A stretch of DNA of 64,000 nt from Candidatus Micrarchaeota archaeon (GCA_964647855.1 CAZYJW010000003.1:67431-131430); one strand, 5' to 3'; counted from the stretch's first letter, positions 47,900 to 56,628 are shown. Numbers and translations: made by a program. Notes: generated from the sequence alone by a model not told the origin.

Positions 47900-48708
47900 C
47901 AGACCACGCTCTCCTCGAGCTCCTGCGGGCTCGTCGGGAAGAACCTCTCCCACTCGAAGCACTTCATCATCTCGTCCCCGGTCAGGACGACCACCTCGAC
48001 GTTGAGGGCGTTCGCGAGCACGGTCTTGAGCTCGTTGGCCTGCGAGCGGACCTGCGCCGTCGCGGCGTCCTTGCTCAGGCCGGTTGCCGTCGTCTGGGCG
48101 TAGGCAATAACCCCCATGGGCTTGACGCCCTTGATCAGCTTGGTGAGCTGGGCGTCCCAGATTGCGACCTCGCGCTCGAATTTGTCTATCTTGAGGACGT
48201 CGGGCTGGGACTTGTCCCTCTCGCGGGCGAGCCGCAGCTGGGCCTCCGCGCGCTTGGTCTCGATTTCCTTGCGCTTCTCCCCCAGGTCCTCGACGTAAAG
48301 CATGTATGCGATTTTCGTGACGTACTTGATGTTAGATATGGCCCTCTCGAAGAACTGGTTGTAGGACATCGTCTCCTCGGATGTCTTTTCCGTGGCCGAC
48401 TCGAAAATCTTGAGCCCCATGAAGGCGGTGGCATAGTAGACGCCGTTCGCGCTCTTCACGATGCAGTCCTGGCTGGGCGGCACCTCGTAGCCGAGGTCGG
48501 ACAGCATTACGATTTTCGCCCTCTCGGTGATAAGGGGTATCATGATGTAGCCGTACCTCCAGAAAAGGACGCCCAGGACCGAGCCCATGAACGCAAGCAG
48601 GCCGCCCAGGAGCGAGAAGATGCCCCCGCCCCCTATAAGGGCGAATAGGGCGCCGATGAAACCGACCGCGATAGCGGCATAAGTGTAGGTCTTTGCGGAT
48701 GAAACCAT
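47899..48708 (-). CDS. Two-TM protein with a cytoplasmic alpha/beta domain and coiled coil (VirB3 plus VirB4-N-like), operon gene 1
   Basis: N-terminal hydrophobic hairpin; GAGGT RBS; TTTTATATAC promoter at 48751-48760. Confidence 0.7.
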   Translation of the reverse strand: MVSSAKTYTYAAIAVGFIGALFALIGGGGIFSLLGGLLAFMGSVLGVLFWRYGYIMIPLITERAKIVMLSDLGYEVPPSQDCIVKSANGVYYATAFMGLKIFESATEKTSEETMSYNQFFERAISNIKYVTKIAYMLYVEDLGEKRKEIETKRAEAQLRLARERDKSQPDVLKIDKFEREVAIWDAQLTKLIKGVKPMGVIAYAQTTATGLSKDAATAQVRSQANELKTVLANALNVEVVVLTGDEMMKCFEWERFFPTSPQELEESVV

Positions 48709-48793
48709 ATGCCATACCTCTGCTGGGACTGATATGATAATCAGGAAAGGGTATATAAAACCGCACGATTGGATTTCCGACGATGGGAAGCGG

Positions 48794-50104
48794 TCAGTCG
48801 CGTACTGCGGCCTCCACGATCTTTTCCGCCGACCCGACATATGTCGTATAATCGAACAGCGCTTCGGCCTCCTTCGCGCTCAGGAGCCTGCGCTCCAGCA
48901 CGACTTCCTTCATCGGCCTCCCCTTCGCGAAGGCCTCCTGCGCGGCCTCCCGCACCGCCTCGTGCGCCTCCTGCCGGCCCATCCGCCCGCCTTCGACAAG
49001 ATATATCATGATGCGCTCGCTCATAACGAGACCCTTGGTGTGATCGAGGCTGCGGCGGATATTGTCGGGGTAGAACACGAGGCCGTCGAGGATTTTCGTC
49101 ATCTCCAGCGCCATGTAATCCAGGGAGACGAAGCTCTCGCCGAAAATCGCCCGCTCGTTCGCGCTGTTCGTGAGGTCGCGCTCGTGCTCCAGGGCGATGT
49201 TCTCTATCGCCGTGAGGACGTTCGCCCGGGATAGGCGCGCAAGCGAGCATATGCGCTCGCTCTTATGGGGGTTGCGTTTCTGCGGCATGGTGGAGGAGCC
49301 GACCTGCTTCGCCGAGAACGGCTCCGACACCTCGCCGATTTCGCTGCGCTGGAGGTTCCTTACCTCCTTGGCCATCTTCTCGAGCAGCGCGGCCGTCAGG
49401 GCTATGCAGCAGAGCACCTCGGCATGCCGGTCCCGCTGAACGACCTGGTTCGTGACCGGGTCCTCGCCGAGCCCCAGTTCCTTCATGACGAGCTTCTGCA
49501 TCCTAGGGCCGTCTTTCCCGAATGTCGCCATGGTGCCCACTGCGCCGGACATCTTCCCCACCGCGATGCGGGACTTCGCGGCGGCGAGGCGTTCGAGGTT
49601 GCGGCCGAGCTCCCGGTAATAAAGGGCGAACTTCATGCCGAAGGTCGTGGGGACGGCGTGCTGGCCGTGCGTCCTTCCGATGCACACGGTCCCTTTGTGG
49701 GCGAGGGCGAGCCTTTTGAGGCTCGCGGCGAGGGTCCCCAGGCGCTTCTCGAGCAGCGATATCCCTTCGATGAATATGAGCGCCGTTGCGGTGTCCTCTA
49801 TGTCGTAGCTGGTGGCGCCCAGGTGGACGTATTTTCCGGCATCGCCGGCCTGCTCTGTCAGGGCCTTCACCATCGCCATAAGGTCGTGGTGTATCTGGGA
49901 CTCTATCTCTATGACGCGTGAGTGCTTCACCTTCGCCGCCGCCGCCTCGATGGACCCCGGCGCGTCCTTGGGGATGTGCCCGAGGGCCGCATGGGCTCTG
50001 GCGAGGGCCACCTCCACCGCCATCCATTTCCGGAGCTTGGCATCGTCGTCGAAGACCGCGTTCATCTCCGTCCTGTACCTTTCTTCGAATGGAGAAATCG
50101 CCAT
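48794..50104 (-). CDS. purB: Adenylosuccinate lyase
   Basis: HLGATSYDI, GRTHGQHA.PTTFG, GSSTMPQKRNP. Confidence 0.96.
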   Translation of the reverse strand: MAISPFEERYRTEMNAVFDDDAKLRKWMAVEVALARAHAALGHIPKDAPGSIEAAAAKVKHSRVIEIESQIHHDLMAMVKALTEQAGDAGKYVHLGATSYDIEDTATALIFIEGISLLEKRLGTLAASLKRLALAHKGTVCIGRTHGQHAVPTTFGMKFALYYRELGRNLERLAAAKSRIAVGKMSGAVGTMATFGKDGPRMQKLVMKELGLGEDPVTNQVVQRDRHAEVLCCIALTAALLEKMAKEVRNLQRSEIGEVSEPFSAKQVGSSTMPQKRNPHKSERICSLARLSRANVLTAIENIALEHERDLTNSANERAIFGESFVSLDYMALEMTKILDGLVFYPDNIRRSLDHTKGLVMSERIMIYLVEGGRMGRQEAHEAVREAAQEAFAKGRPMKEVVLERRLLSAKEAEALFDYTTYVGSAEKIVEAAVRD

Positions 50105-50324
50105 GGGATGATATCTGTGCCTATGATTAAAAACGCAAGCCGCATGCGGGCTGCGCGAAAAAATACGGCAATTGCCAACATTTATATACTTGAAAATGCA
50201 AAAGGAATAACACGATTCCAGGCTCCCCAGAGAGTTTTTTCCCTCAGGCACGGGAAAGGCAAGGTTTAAATATACGAAAAGCCATATATTAACACACATA
50301 TCCGGAACCCCGAGGTGGTGTAAT

Positions 50325-51443
50325 ATGATAAGCGAGGAGACTTTCAACGGGCTGGCGGCCTGCGACCCCCATGCGACGGGCATGGTCCAGTCCGCTGTCG
50401 AGAGGCGGAACCTCTCCCAGTCCGACATAACGAGGATATGGAAGACCATCACGGATTCCGTGCTCGAGGGCAATCCCGGCTCCAGGCAGCTAGTCCAGCT
50501 GGGGATAACCCTTGGCGAGGTGAGCCAGAATCCCGAGGCCAGGGACCACTACGAGAAGCTGTTCATGCTCGCCGCATTCCCCATAAATCCGCTCACTCAC
50601 GTTGGCATCATCGGGGTCGGCGCGGCAATCGTAAAAATCAAGAGGGGGGAAATCGAGAGCAGGGCGCTCGACCGGGAATGGTACCTCGGGGCCGCGAAGA
50701 GGGCGCTCATCCGGACCGCCCGCGCGCTCGAGGCCGCGATAGGCGCGGCCGCATCGAAGGGAGAGGACGCCGCCGCCCTCGAGCAGGACCTCGTCTTCAC
50801 CGTCGAGGCGCTTCGCCATGTGGAGGGGCCCGAGGTGAAGGAAAGGCTCGTATCCATAGTCAAGAACGGATTCGGAGAGAGCGTCGTCAAGGCGGCGGGG
50901 GAGAGCATCCGCCCCATCCGGCTGAAGGACGAGCGGGAGGGCGCTCTGGAAGACCTGGGATTCCTTCTCGAGACCGTGCACCCGGATCCGACCACTCCGC
51001 AGAGGATGTATATCGAATGCATATTCGGTGCGGTCATCAAGGCATATGCCCCGGACACGCCGCCCGGCGAGGCCGCGGTCGCCGCGAGGCAGCTCGCGAC
51101 CTTCGCCGTCATGCCTGAGGGCATGTCGCAGCTCTTCGACGCCCACACCCTGAGGCTAATCGGCAGAAACGTCGAAAACGCACTTCTCCATACGCTGGAA
51201 TGCGGCGCGCCCCAGCCCAGAAGCGAGGCCGCAACCGCGCTCGTGCGCATCGGAAGCGACCGGGTGGAGGGCATCCTCGAGAGCATGGAGCGCAGGCTCA
51301 GGGGCACGCCGGCCTGCGGGCTGGTATCGGACACCCTCAGCGAGATAAGGGGCGCCAAGCTCGAGCTGATTGAGATATCGCTTGCGCCGCCAAGGCCAAT
51401 GCCTCCTCTGGCGAAACCCAGGGCCCCCAAGCTAATCCAATAA
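50325..51443 (+). CDS. Orphan helical-repeat (HEAT-like) protein
   Basis: All-alpha patterning (RSEAATALVRIG..RVEGILE); GAGGTGG RBS and TTTAAATA promoter. Confidence 0.6.
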   Translation: MISEETFNGLAACDPHATGMVQSAVERRNLSQSDITRIWKTITDSVLEGNPGSRQLVQLGITLGEVSQNPEARDHYEKLFMLAAFPINPLTHVGIIGVGAAIVKIKRGEIESRALDREWYLGAAKRALIRTARALEAAIGAAASKGEDAAALEQDLVFTVEALRHVEGPEVKERLVSIVKNGFGESVVKAAGESIRPIRLKDEREGALEDLGFLLETVHPDPTTPQRMYIECIFGAVIKAYAPDTPPGEAAVAARQLATFAVMPEGMSQLFDAHTLRLIGRNVENALLHTLECGAPQPRSEAATALVRIGSDRVEGILESMERRLRGTPACGLVSDTLSEIRGAKLELIEISLAPPRPMPPLAKPRAPKLIQ

Positions 51444-51474
51444 GGCTATAAACAACGCCTGAGAATCCCGACCG

Positions 51475-52260
51475 ATGGCGAGGGTAAGGGTTCTCAGGAG
51501 GCAGGAGAAGGGATACATTGAGCTCCCGCCGGATGTCGCTTCCGAGGGCGAGCTCGAGCTGTTCGCGCTCCGCGACGGCTATTATCTGCTCAGCAGGCCC
51601 CTTCCGGGCCAGGCGGGGCGCCAGGGGGAGGGCCTAAGCGAGGGAGAGCGGGCGGTCCTCAAGCGCCTGCTCGCCATACGTTTCGAGAACCGCACGCCCG
51701 AGCAGGTGGGGAAGGCGCTTTCCGCGCCCGAGCTGGAGATTCTCGGGGGGCTCGAGGCCAGGGGCCTCGTGAACATCTTCCGGGGAAGCAAGTACAAGGA
51801 GGGCGTGTACAACATAAGCGACAGCACATACGGCCTCGTGTATCCCAAGAGCGTCTCGGGAAGCGGGACGGGGCGCCAGGGGGGAAGGGGCGAGGAGGGC
51901 GCGAGGCCGCCGCGGCCGGGCCCGGTATCCGGCACCATGGGCGAGCTGCACAGCAGGGGGTTCATAATCGTGCAGGACAAGAGGGAGGCGATCGCGCTGT
52001 CCGAGCTCCTCGGCGCCAAGATGAAGAGCGGCGAGGTGCTAGGCGTGAAGGGCTTCGACGGCAAGTTCTACATCGTGACCAAGGATTACTTCTCGGGCGC
52101 CCAGAGGGCGGTCTCGGCCGCGCTCAAAGACGAGATGGACGCCCCGTCCATAGCATCGGCCGCGAAGCTGGATTCCGAAGGGTGCGTCGCGGTTCTCCGC
52201 CTCATGGCGGAGGCCGGGGAGATAATCGAGAAGAAGAGGGGCGTCTTCGCGCCCGTCTGA
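51475..52260 (+). CDS. Hypothetical protein, possible AbrB-like N-terminus plus wHTH domains
   Basis: KGYIELPPDV start; LEARGLV and LMAEAGEIIEKKRGVF wHTH-like ends. Confidence 0.55.
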   Translation: MARVRVLRRQEKGYIELPPDVASEGELELFALRDGYYLLSRPLPGQAGRQGEGLSEGERAVLKRLLAIRFENRTPEQVGKALSAPELEILGGLEARGLVNIFRGSKYKEGVYNISDSTYGLVYPKSVSGSGTGRQGGRGEEGARPPRPGPVSGTMGELHSRGFIIVQDKREAIALSELLGAKMKSGEVLGVKGFDGKFYIVTKDYFSGAQRAVSAALKDEMDAPSIASAAKLDSEGCVAVLRLMAEAGEIIEKKRGVFAPV

Positions 52261-52272
52261 GCGGCGGCAGCC

Positions 52273-53412
52273 ATGATAGTGAAGGACGAGATACACGGCA
52301 CGATAACTTTCGACGAGCTCGAGGCCAGGATAATCGACAGCCCCCCCTTCCAGCGCCTGCGGCGCATCAGGCAGATGTCGGTCACCAACCTGGTATATCC
52401 CGGCGCGAACCACACCCGGTTCGAGCACTCGCTGGGCACGGCGCACCTTGCGAGCGTGATTGCGAGGCGCCTCGGCCTCGACGACGAATCGGCCCGCAAG
52501 GCCAAGCTCTACGCCCTTCTCCACGACATCGGCCACACATGCTTCTCCCACGAGGGGGAGGACGTCCTGCGCGGCCACGTGGGCGACCATGAGGCCCTGG
52601 GGGCGAAAATCATCACGAAAAGCGAGGTGGCGGACATTCTGGGCGAGAACTACCGCCCGCCCGAAATCGCCCGCATGGGCGCCTCCCCCTTCGGAGGGAT
52701 AGTCACCTCAGACCTCGGGGCGGACAGGATGGACTACCTCAAGAGGGACGCGCTGAACACCGGCGTCGCGTACGGGGTCGTTGACATCGACCGCATCGTG
52801 CACACGCTCGCCATGGAGGGCAGGGAGCTCTGCATCCAGAAAGGCGGCTTCGAGGCGGCCGAGTACATGCTCGTCGCAAGGTTCATGATGTTCTCCGCGG
52901 TCTACCTCCACCGGACGGTGAGGATTGCGACCGCCATGCTCTACCGCGCGATGGAAGGGGCGATAGCCGACGGAACCTGCGACCCGCACGCGCTTGCCGC
53001 CATGGACGACGAGGAGGCGATGGCTGCGCTCCAGGGGAGCGGGGCTGGGGGGCCGTTCGCAAGGGCGCTGCGCTCGCGCAGGCTCTACAAGGAGATATGC
53101 AGGCTTCCGCGCGGGGGCATGGACGGGCGCAAGGCACGGGGGCTCGAGGCGCGCATAGCGCGCGAGGCAGGCTGCGGAATAATCGTGGACTATCCGCACA
53201 GGTTCTTCAAGCCCGTGGATTTCCGGGTCATGACGGAGGGCGGGCTCGTGCCGATAATGAGGATGTCCAAGCTCGTGCAGTCGCTCCGCAGGGCTGAGGA
53301 CGACCGGATGCGCGTGCTCGTGCTTGCGGACGAGAAATCAAGGGACGAAAACTCGGACGGGATAAGGGCGCTTGCGCTCAGCGGACGGCGAATTCCGCGA
53401 CGTGCACGATGA
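52273..53412 (+). CDS. HD-superfamily phosphohydrolase (dNTPase-like)
   Basis: FQRLRRIRQ, HTRFEHSLG, LLHDIGH..FSH, ADRMDYL.RD, VYLHRT. Confidence 0.93.
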   Translation: MIVKDEIHGTITFDELEARIIDSPPFQRLRRIRQMSVTNLVYPGANHTRFEHSLGTAHLASVIARRLGLDDESARKAKLYALLHDIGHTCFSHEGEDVLRGHVGDHEALGAKIITKSEVADILGENYRPPEIARMGASPFGGIVTSDLGADRMDYLKRDALNTGVAYGVVDIDRIVHTLAMEGRELCIQKGGFEAAEYMLVARFMMFSAVYLHRTVRIATAMLYRAMEGAIADGTCDPHALAAMDDEEAMAALQGSGAGGPFARALRSRRLYKEICRLPRGGMDGRKARGLEARIAREAGCGIIVDYPHRFFKPVDFRVMTEGGLVPIMRMSKLVQSLRRAEDDRMRVLVLADEKSRDENSDGIRALALSGRRIPRRAR

Positions 53413-53545
53413 CGACCACCGCGAAGATGGCTATGATGAGCGCCTTCGGGTCGATTTCCATGCCGCTGATTTTGATGTCGGGCGAGAAGCCGATTATGCC
53501 CGCCGACCCCATCGGCATCGAAACCTTCTCCTGCTTGAAGGACAT
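53378..53545 (-). CDS. secG: Preprotein translocase subunit Sec61beta/SecG (55 aa, absent from the ORF track)
   Basis: MSFKQEKVSMPMGSAGIIGFSPDIKISGMEIDPKALIIAIFAVVVIVHVAEFAVR; MP..SAG...IDP plus one TM; divergent from the PAC2 gene. Confidence 0.8.
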   Translation of the reverse strand: MSFKQEKVSMPMGSAGIIGFSPDIKISGMEIDPKALIIAIFAVVVIVHVAEFAVR

Positions 53546-53601
53546 AGGATTGCGATTTGATGCGAATAGTATAAAAGCCTTTAGAGGCCAATTACTGGGG
53601 T

Positions 53602-54342
53602 ATGGGCGACGTAGAAATCCACAGGACCGCTGACATGAAGAAGCTCAGGAAGCCGACCCTCATCATGGGATTCCCGGGGACCGGGCTTGTCGGGAGCGTC
53701 GCCGCATCGCAGATAGTTGAATCCCTGCAGATGGATTTCGGCGGCTACCTCTCGAGCTCCGAGTTCGCGCCCCTTGCGGCGATTCACGACTACAAGCCGA
53801 TGCCCGCGGCGCGCATCCACTATTCCGAGAAGCACAACATGGTGGTCGTGATATCCGAGATGACGATTCCGATAGGCTCCTCTCAGGATGTCGCGGAAAA
53901 GGTTTACGATTTCGCGAAATCCGTGGGCGCATCGACAATAATATCGCTCGGGGGCATATCGCTCCAGGACGAGAAGAAGGGCGTCTTCGTGGTATCGAGC
54001 GACCCCGCGACCGTCAAGGAAATAATCGCGAAGAAGATAGCCAAGCCCATAAAGGAGGGGGCGACGACGGGCGTCACCGGAATCCTGCTCGCGAAGGGCG
54101 CGCTCGACAACTTCCCGGTGACGACCATCCTCGCGGAATCGTCCGAGGAATACCTCGACCCGCGCGCGGCTTCGAACGTGCTCAAGGTCCTCACAAGGAT
54201 GACCGGCATCCAGGTCAGCACGGCAAGGCTGGAGAAGGAGGCCGAGGAGTTCTCGAAGGACATCAAGGAGGCAGTGCTCAAGTCGCGCGTGGTGAGGAAA
54301 AAGGGGCCGGGCGCGAACGAGGGCGGCTCCATGTACGGGTGA
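53602..54342 (+). CDS. PAC2-family proteasome assembly chaperone-like protein
   Basis: LIMGFPGTGLVG.VAA, IISLGG, G.TG.LL, DPRAA. Confidence 0.9.
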   Translation: MGDVEIHRTADMKKLRKPTLIMGFPGTGLVGSVAASQIVESLQMDFGGYLSSSEFAPLAAIHDYKPMPAARIHYSEKHNMVVVISEMTIPIGSSQDVAEKVYDFAKSVGASTIISLGGISLQDEKKGVFVVSSDPATVKEIIAKKIAKPIKEGATTGVTGILLAKGALDNFPVTTILAESSEEYLDPRAASNVLKVLTRMTGIQVSTARLEKEAEEFSKDIKEAVLKSRVVRKKGPGANEGGSMYG

Positions 54343-54438
54343 TGTCTTCTTTATTTTGTGGAGGGCGGGAATCCGCTGATTCTGTTGTAGAATATGTAAA
54401 AGAATAGTTTTAAATACTCTTTCCAGCAGGTTAAATGC

Positions 54439-54684
54439 ATGAAGCTGCACCACAACAGATTGATATCGGAAACCGCCCAGCACAAGAATAAGGATAATCC
54501 TACTGCGAAACCAAGGGGCGACGCATTCAGGAGTTTATTGCGCCATGAGCTGAGGCCGGTCTTGTTCCTTGGACTTGTGGCCGTCGCAACCGGGCTTGCC
54601 AACTGCACATCGTGCGGCTCGTGCGGGGAGAAGGCAAGCGCGGCGATGGCCGGGCAGGACCGGCTGCCTACGGGCGGTTTTTAG
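54439..54684 (+). CDS. Small hypothetical protein with a TM helix and CxxCxxC
   Basis: TTTTAAATA promoter at about 54408; LFLGLVAVATGLANCTSCGSC. Confidence 0.4.
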   Translation: MKLHHNRLISETAQHKNKDNPTAKPRGDAFRSLLRHELRPVLFLGLVAVATGLANCTSCGSCGEKASAAMAGQDRLPTGGF

Positions 54685-54779
54685 CCGAAAACGGGTGGGG
54701 CCGTTTATCATTTTATTCTCCGCATGTCCGCCTTCCCCTCAGGTAGCTTGATAAACGCTCCAGAGCAAGCAATAATCAC

Positions 54780-54852
54780 GCAGGAGCAGCGAGGTCATTG
54801 AACTGCGGTTCAATATTCGCGACTCCCGCTGGTGTGAAACGGCTGTGTTCAC
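54780..54852 (+). ncRNA. Acceptor-stem-mimic hairpin cassette with 22-nt linker, upstream of tRNA-Leu
   Basis: GCAGGAG...CTCCCGC+T (54780-54830) with inner GCGA/TCGC and ATTGAAC/GTTCAAT stems; linker 54831-54852; expression not shown. Confidence 0.6.
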
Positions 54853-55039
54853 GCAGGAGTAGCGAAGCGGTCAAACGCGGGGGACTTAAGGGGCCTTTTG
54901 GCTTCGGGTGAAATCCGGGCAAAACGCCCGCGAAAAGCCCTGAGGCGAGGCATAGGCCGCGTTATTTTTCCCTTTCCGAACGCGGTTCGGGAAATCCTCT
55001 GGCCCAGCGCCTTCGGAGGTTCGAATCCTCCCTCCTGCA
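54853..55039 (+). tRNA. tRNA-Leu(TAA) with a 37/38 intron (54891-54993, 103 nt)
   Basis: GCAGGAG/CTCCTGC acceptor, GGGGA CTTAAGA TCCTC anticodon arm, long variable arm, GGAGG TTCGAAT CCTCC. Confidence 0.92.
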
Positions 55040-55097
55040 AAAACTTTTTTGGAAAAAGTTTTATCAAAAACCCGCAGTAAACGAAGCAGGTGAAGGT

Positions 55098-55565
55098 ATG
55101 GAACGCATTTACCGAATGCTTTACCCGATGAGGGCCTGCCTGATAACCAGCAGGCACAACGGAAAGGAGAATGCGATGTCCGCGACGTGGGTCTTCCCTC
55201 TCTCCATGGACCCGCCGCTCTTCGGAGTGTCAATCTCGCCCAAGCGCCACAGCTTCCAATTGATACGCGATAGCGGGGCCTTCGGCATAAACATCCCTTC
55301 GGAGGACATGGAGGATGCGGTGAAGCTGTGCGGCACGAAAAGCGGCAGGGACTCCGACAAATTCGCGGAGGCGAAGCTTACGAAGGAGGAGGGAGCCGGG
55401 CGCGTACCGCTGATACGCGAATGCCTCGCCAGCATAGAATGCGAAATCGAGCGTGAAATCGTGCTCGGCGACCACAGCGTCTTCGTGGGCAGGGCAATCA
55501 AGGTCGTGAGGAGGAAGGAGGGGAAGGGGCTCTATCAGAGCGCGGAGGGATTCGTCCGGGTGTGA
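55098..55565 (+). CDS. Flavin reductase-like FMN-binding protein
   Basis: NAMSATW..PLS.DPP, G.KSGRD.DKF, EC...IEC, GDH.VFVG. Confidence 0.92.
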   Translation: MERIYRMLYPMRACLITSRHNGKENAMSATWVFPLSMDPPLFGVSISPKRHSFQLIRDSGAFGINIPSEDMEDAVKLCGTKSGRDSDKFAEAKLTKEEGAGRVPLIRECLASIECEIEREIVLGDHSVFVGRAIKVVRRKEGKGLYQSAEGFVRV

Positions 55566-55581
55566 AGCCCGCGCATGGCTT

Positions 55582-56526
55582 TCAGAGGACGCGTGCGCGC
55601 TTCCCGTCGAAATGCACCGTCTCCTCGTAGCGCATGCCGTAGTTTTTCAGGTAGAACGACGGCTCTATCGCGAGGGTCGCGCCCTTGAGGGAATCGTCGG
55701 ATTTCGGCCCGAGGCGCGGGAACTCGTGGATGTCCAGCCCGACGCCGTGCCCTATCGCATGCGGCATCTTCGGGAAGCCCGCCTTCGAGATGAGCTCGTC
55801 GGCCAGCTTGGCGGCATCCTTGCCGGAATCGAGGCCGGGCAGCGCGTCGGCAAGGAAGAGGCAGATGTCCTGCAGGCGCTCGTACTGCGCCTTTTTCCTA
55901 AGGTCGCCGTCACGTATGAAGCATCTCGTCATATCCGCGCAATAATGCCGGTAGCGGACGCCGTAATCCACGAGCACGAGGCCGCCGAGGCGCCCCGCGC
56001 CGGCGCGGTAATGCGGGAATGCCGTGCTCCGGCCGCTGGCGACTATGGGCTCGAACGCGGGCTCGAGGCCCCTCTCGAGCGTCATCATCAGCAGCTGCTT
56101 ATGGACGTCCTGCTCGGTACGGGCGGCATCCCAGTCTATCGAGCCTATTATTTCCCGGGTCTCCCTCACCGCCCGCCGGACGCAGGCGGCCTCTGCGGGG
56201 CTTTTCACCGCCCGCGCCTCGAGGAGCTCCTGCGAATGGTCCTCCAGCCTGCAGAGCTTGCGGATTTTTTCCGCCATACGCGCGCTCATCGAGGCGGCGT
56301 CGTAGAGAACCTTCCGGCCCCGGATGAGAGGCGCGATTGCCTTCATGGCGTCGCCGTAAGCGACGACACGCCCCCGGAACGACCTGCGGGCGAGCGCCTC
56401 GTTCATGCGGGGCACGGCAAGCGCCCGCCGTTTGCCGTCCGAGATGAAGAACGAGTGGTCGATGTCCACGCCGGATTGATGGAAGAAGTTCGCATCGAAT
56501 TTCTCGCCGCGATAGAGCAGGAGCAT
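55582..56526 (-). CDS. pepQ: Xaa-Pro aminopeptidase/dipeptidase (M24B)
   Basis: PHY, VLVDYG......ADMTR, HAIGHGVGLDIHE.P, IEP, RYEE. Confidence 0.92.
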   Translation of the reverse strand: MLLLYRGEKFDANFFHQSGVDIDHSFFISDGKRRALAVPRMNEALARRSFRGRVVAYGDAMKAIAPLIRGRKVLYDAASMSARMAEKIRKLCRLEDHSQELLEARAVKSPAEAACVRRAVRETREIIGSIDWDAARTEQDVHKQLLMMTLERGLEPAFEPIVASGRSTAFPHYRAGAGRLGGLVLVDYGVRYRHYCADMTRCFIRDGDLRKKAQYERLQDICLFLADALPGLDSGKDAAKLADELISKAGFPKMPHAIGHGVGLDIHEFPRLGPKSDDSLKGATLAIEPSFYLKNYGMRYEETVHFDGKRARVL

Positions 56527-56628
56527 GCCGTTGATGGGCAGGGATTCATTATATCGGTTGCGGTCGGGAGCGCATGAAAAGCGAAAGGAGTTAATGTTTG
56601 CCTGGGCAAGCACTGCCAGGTGGATTTG

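Noticed and set aside
42427-48708. Integrated conjugative element or provirus
   Set aside because: No integrase, relaxase, att repeats or GC shift; flanked directly by tfe and purB.
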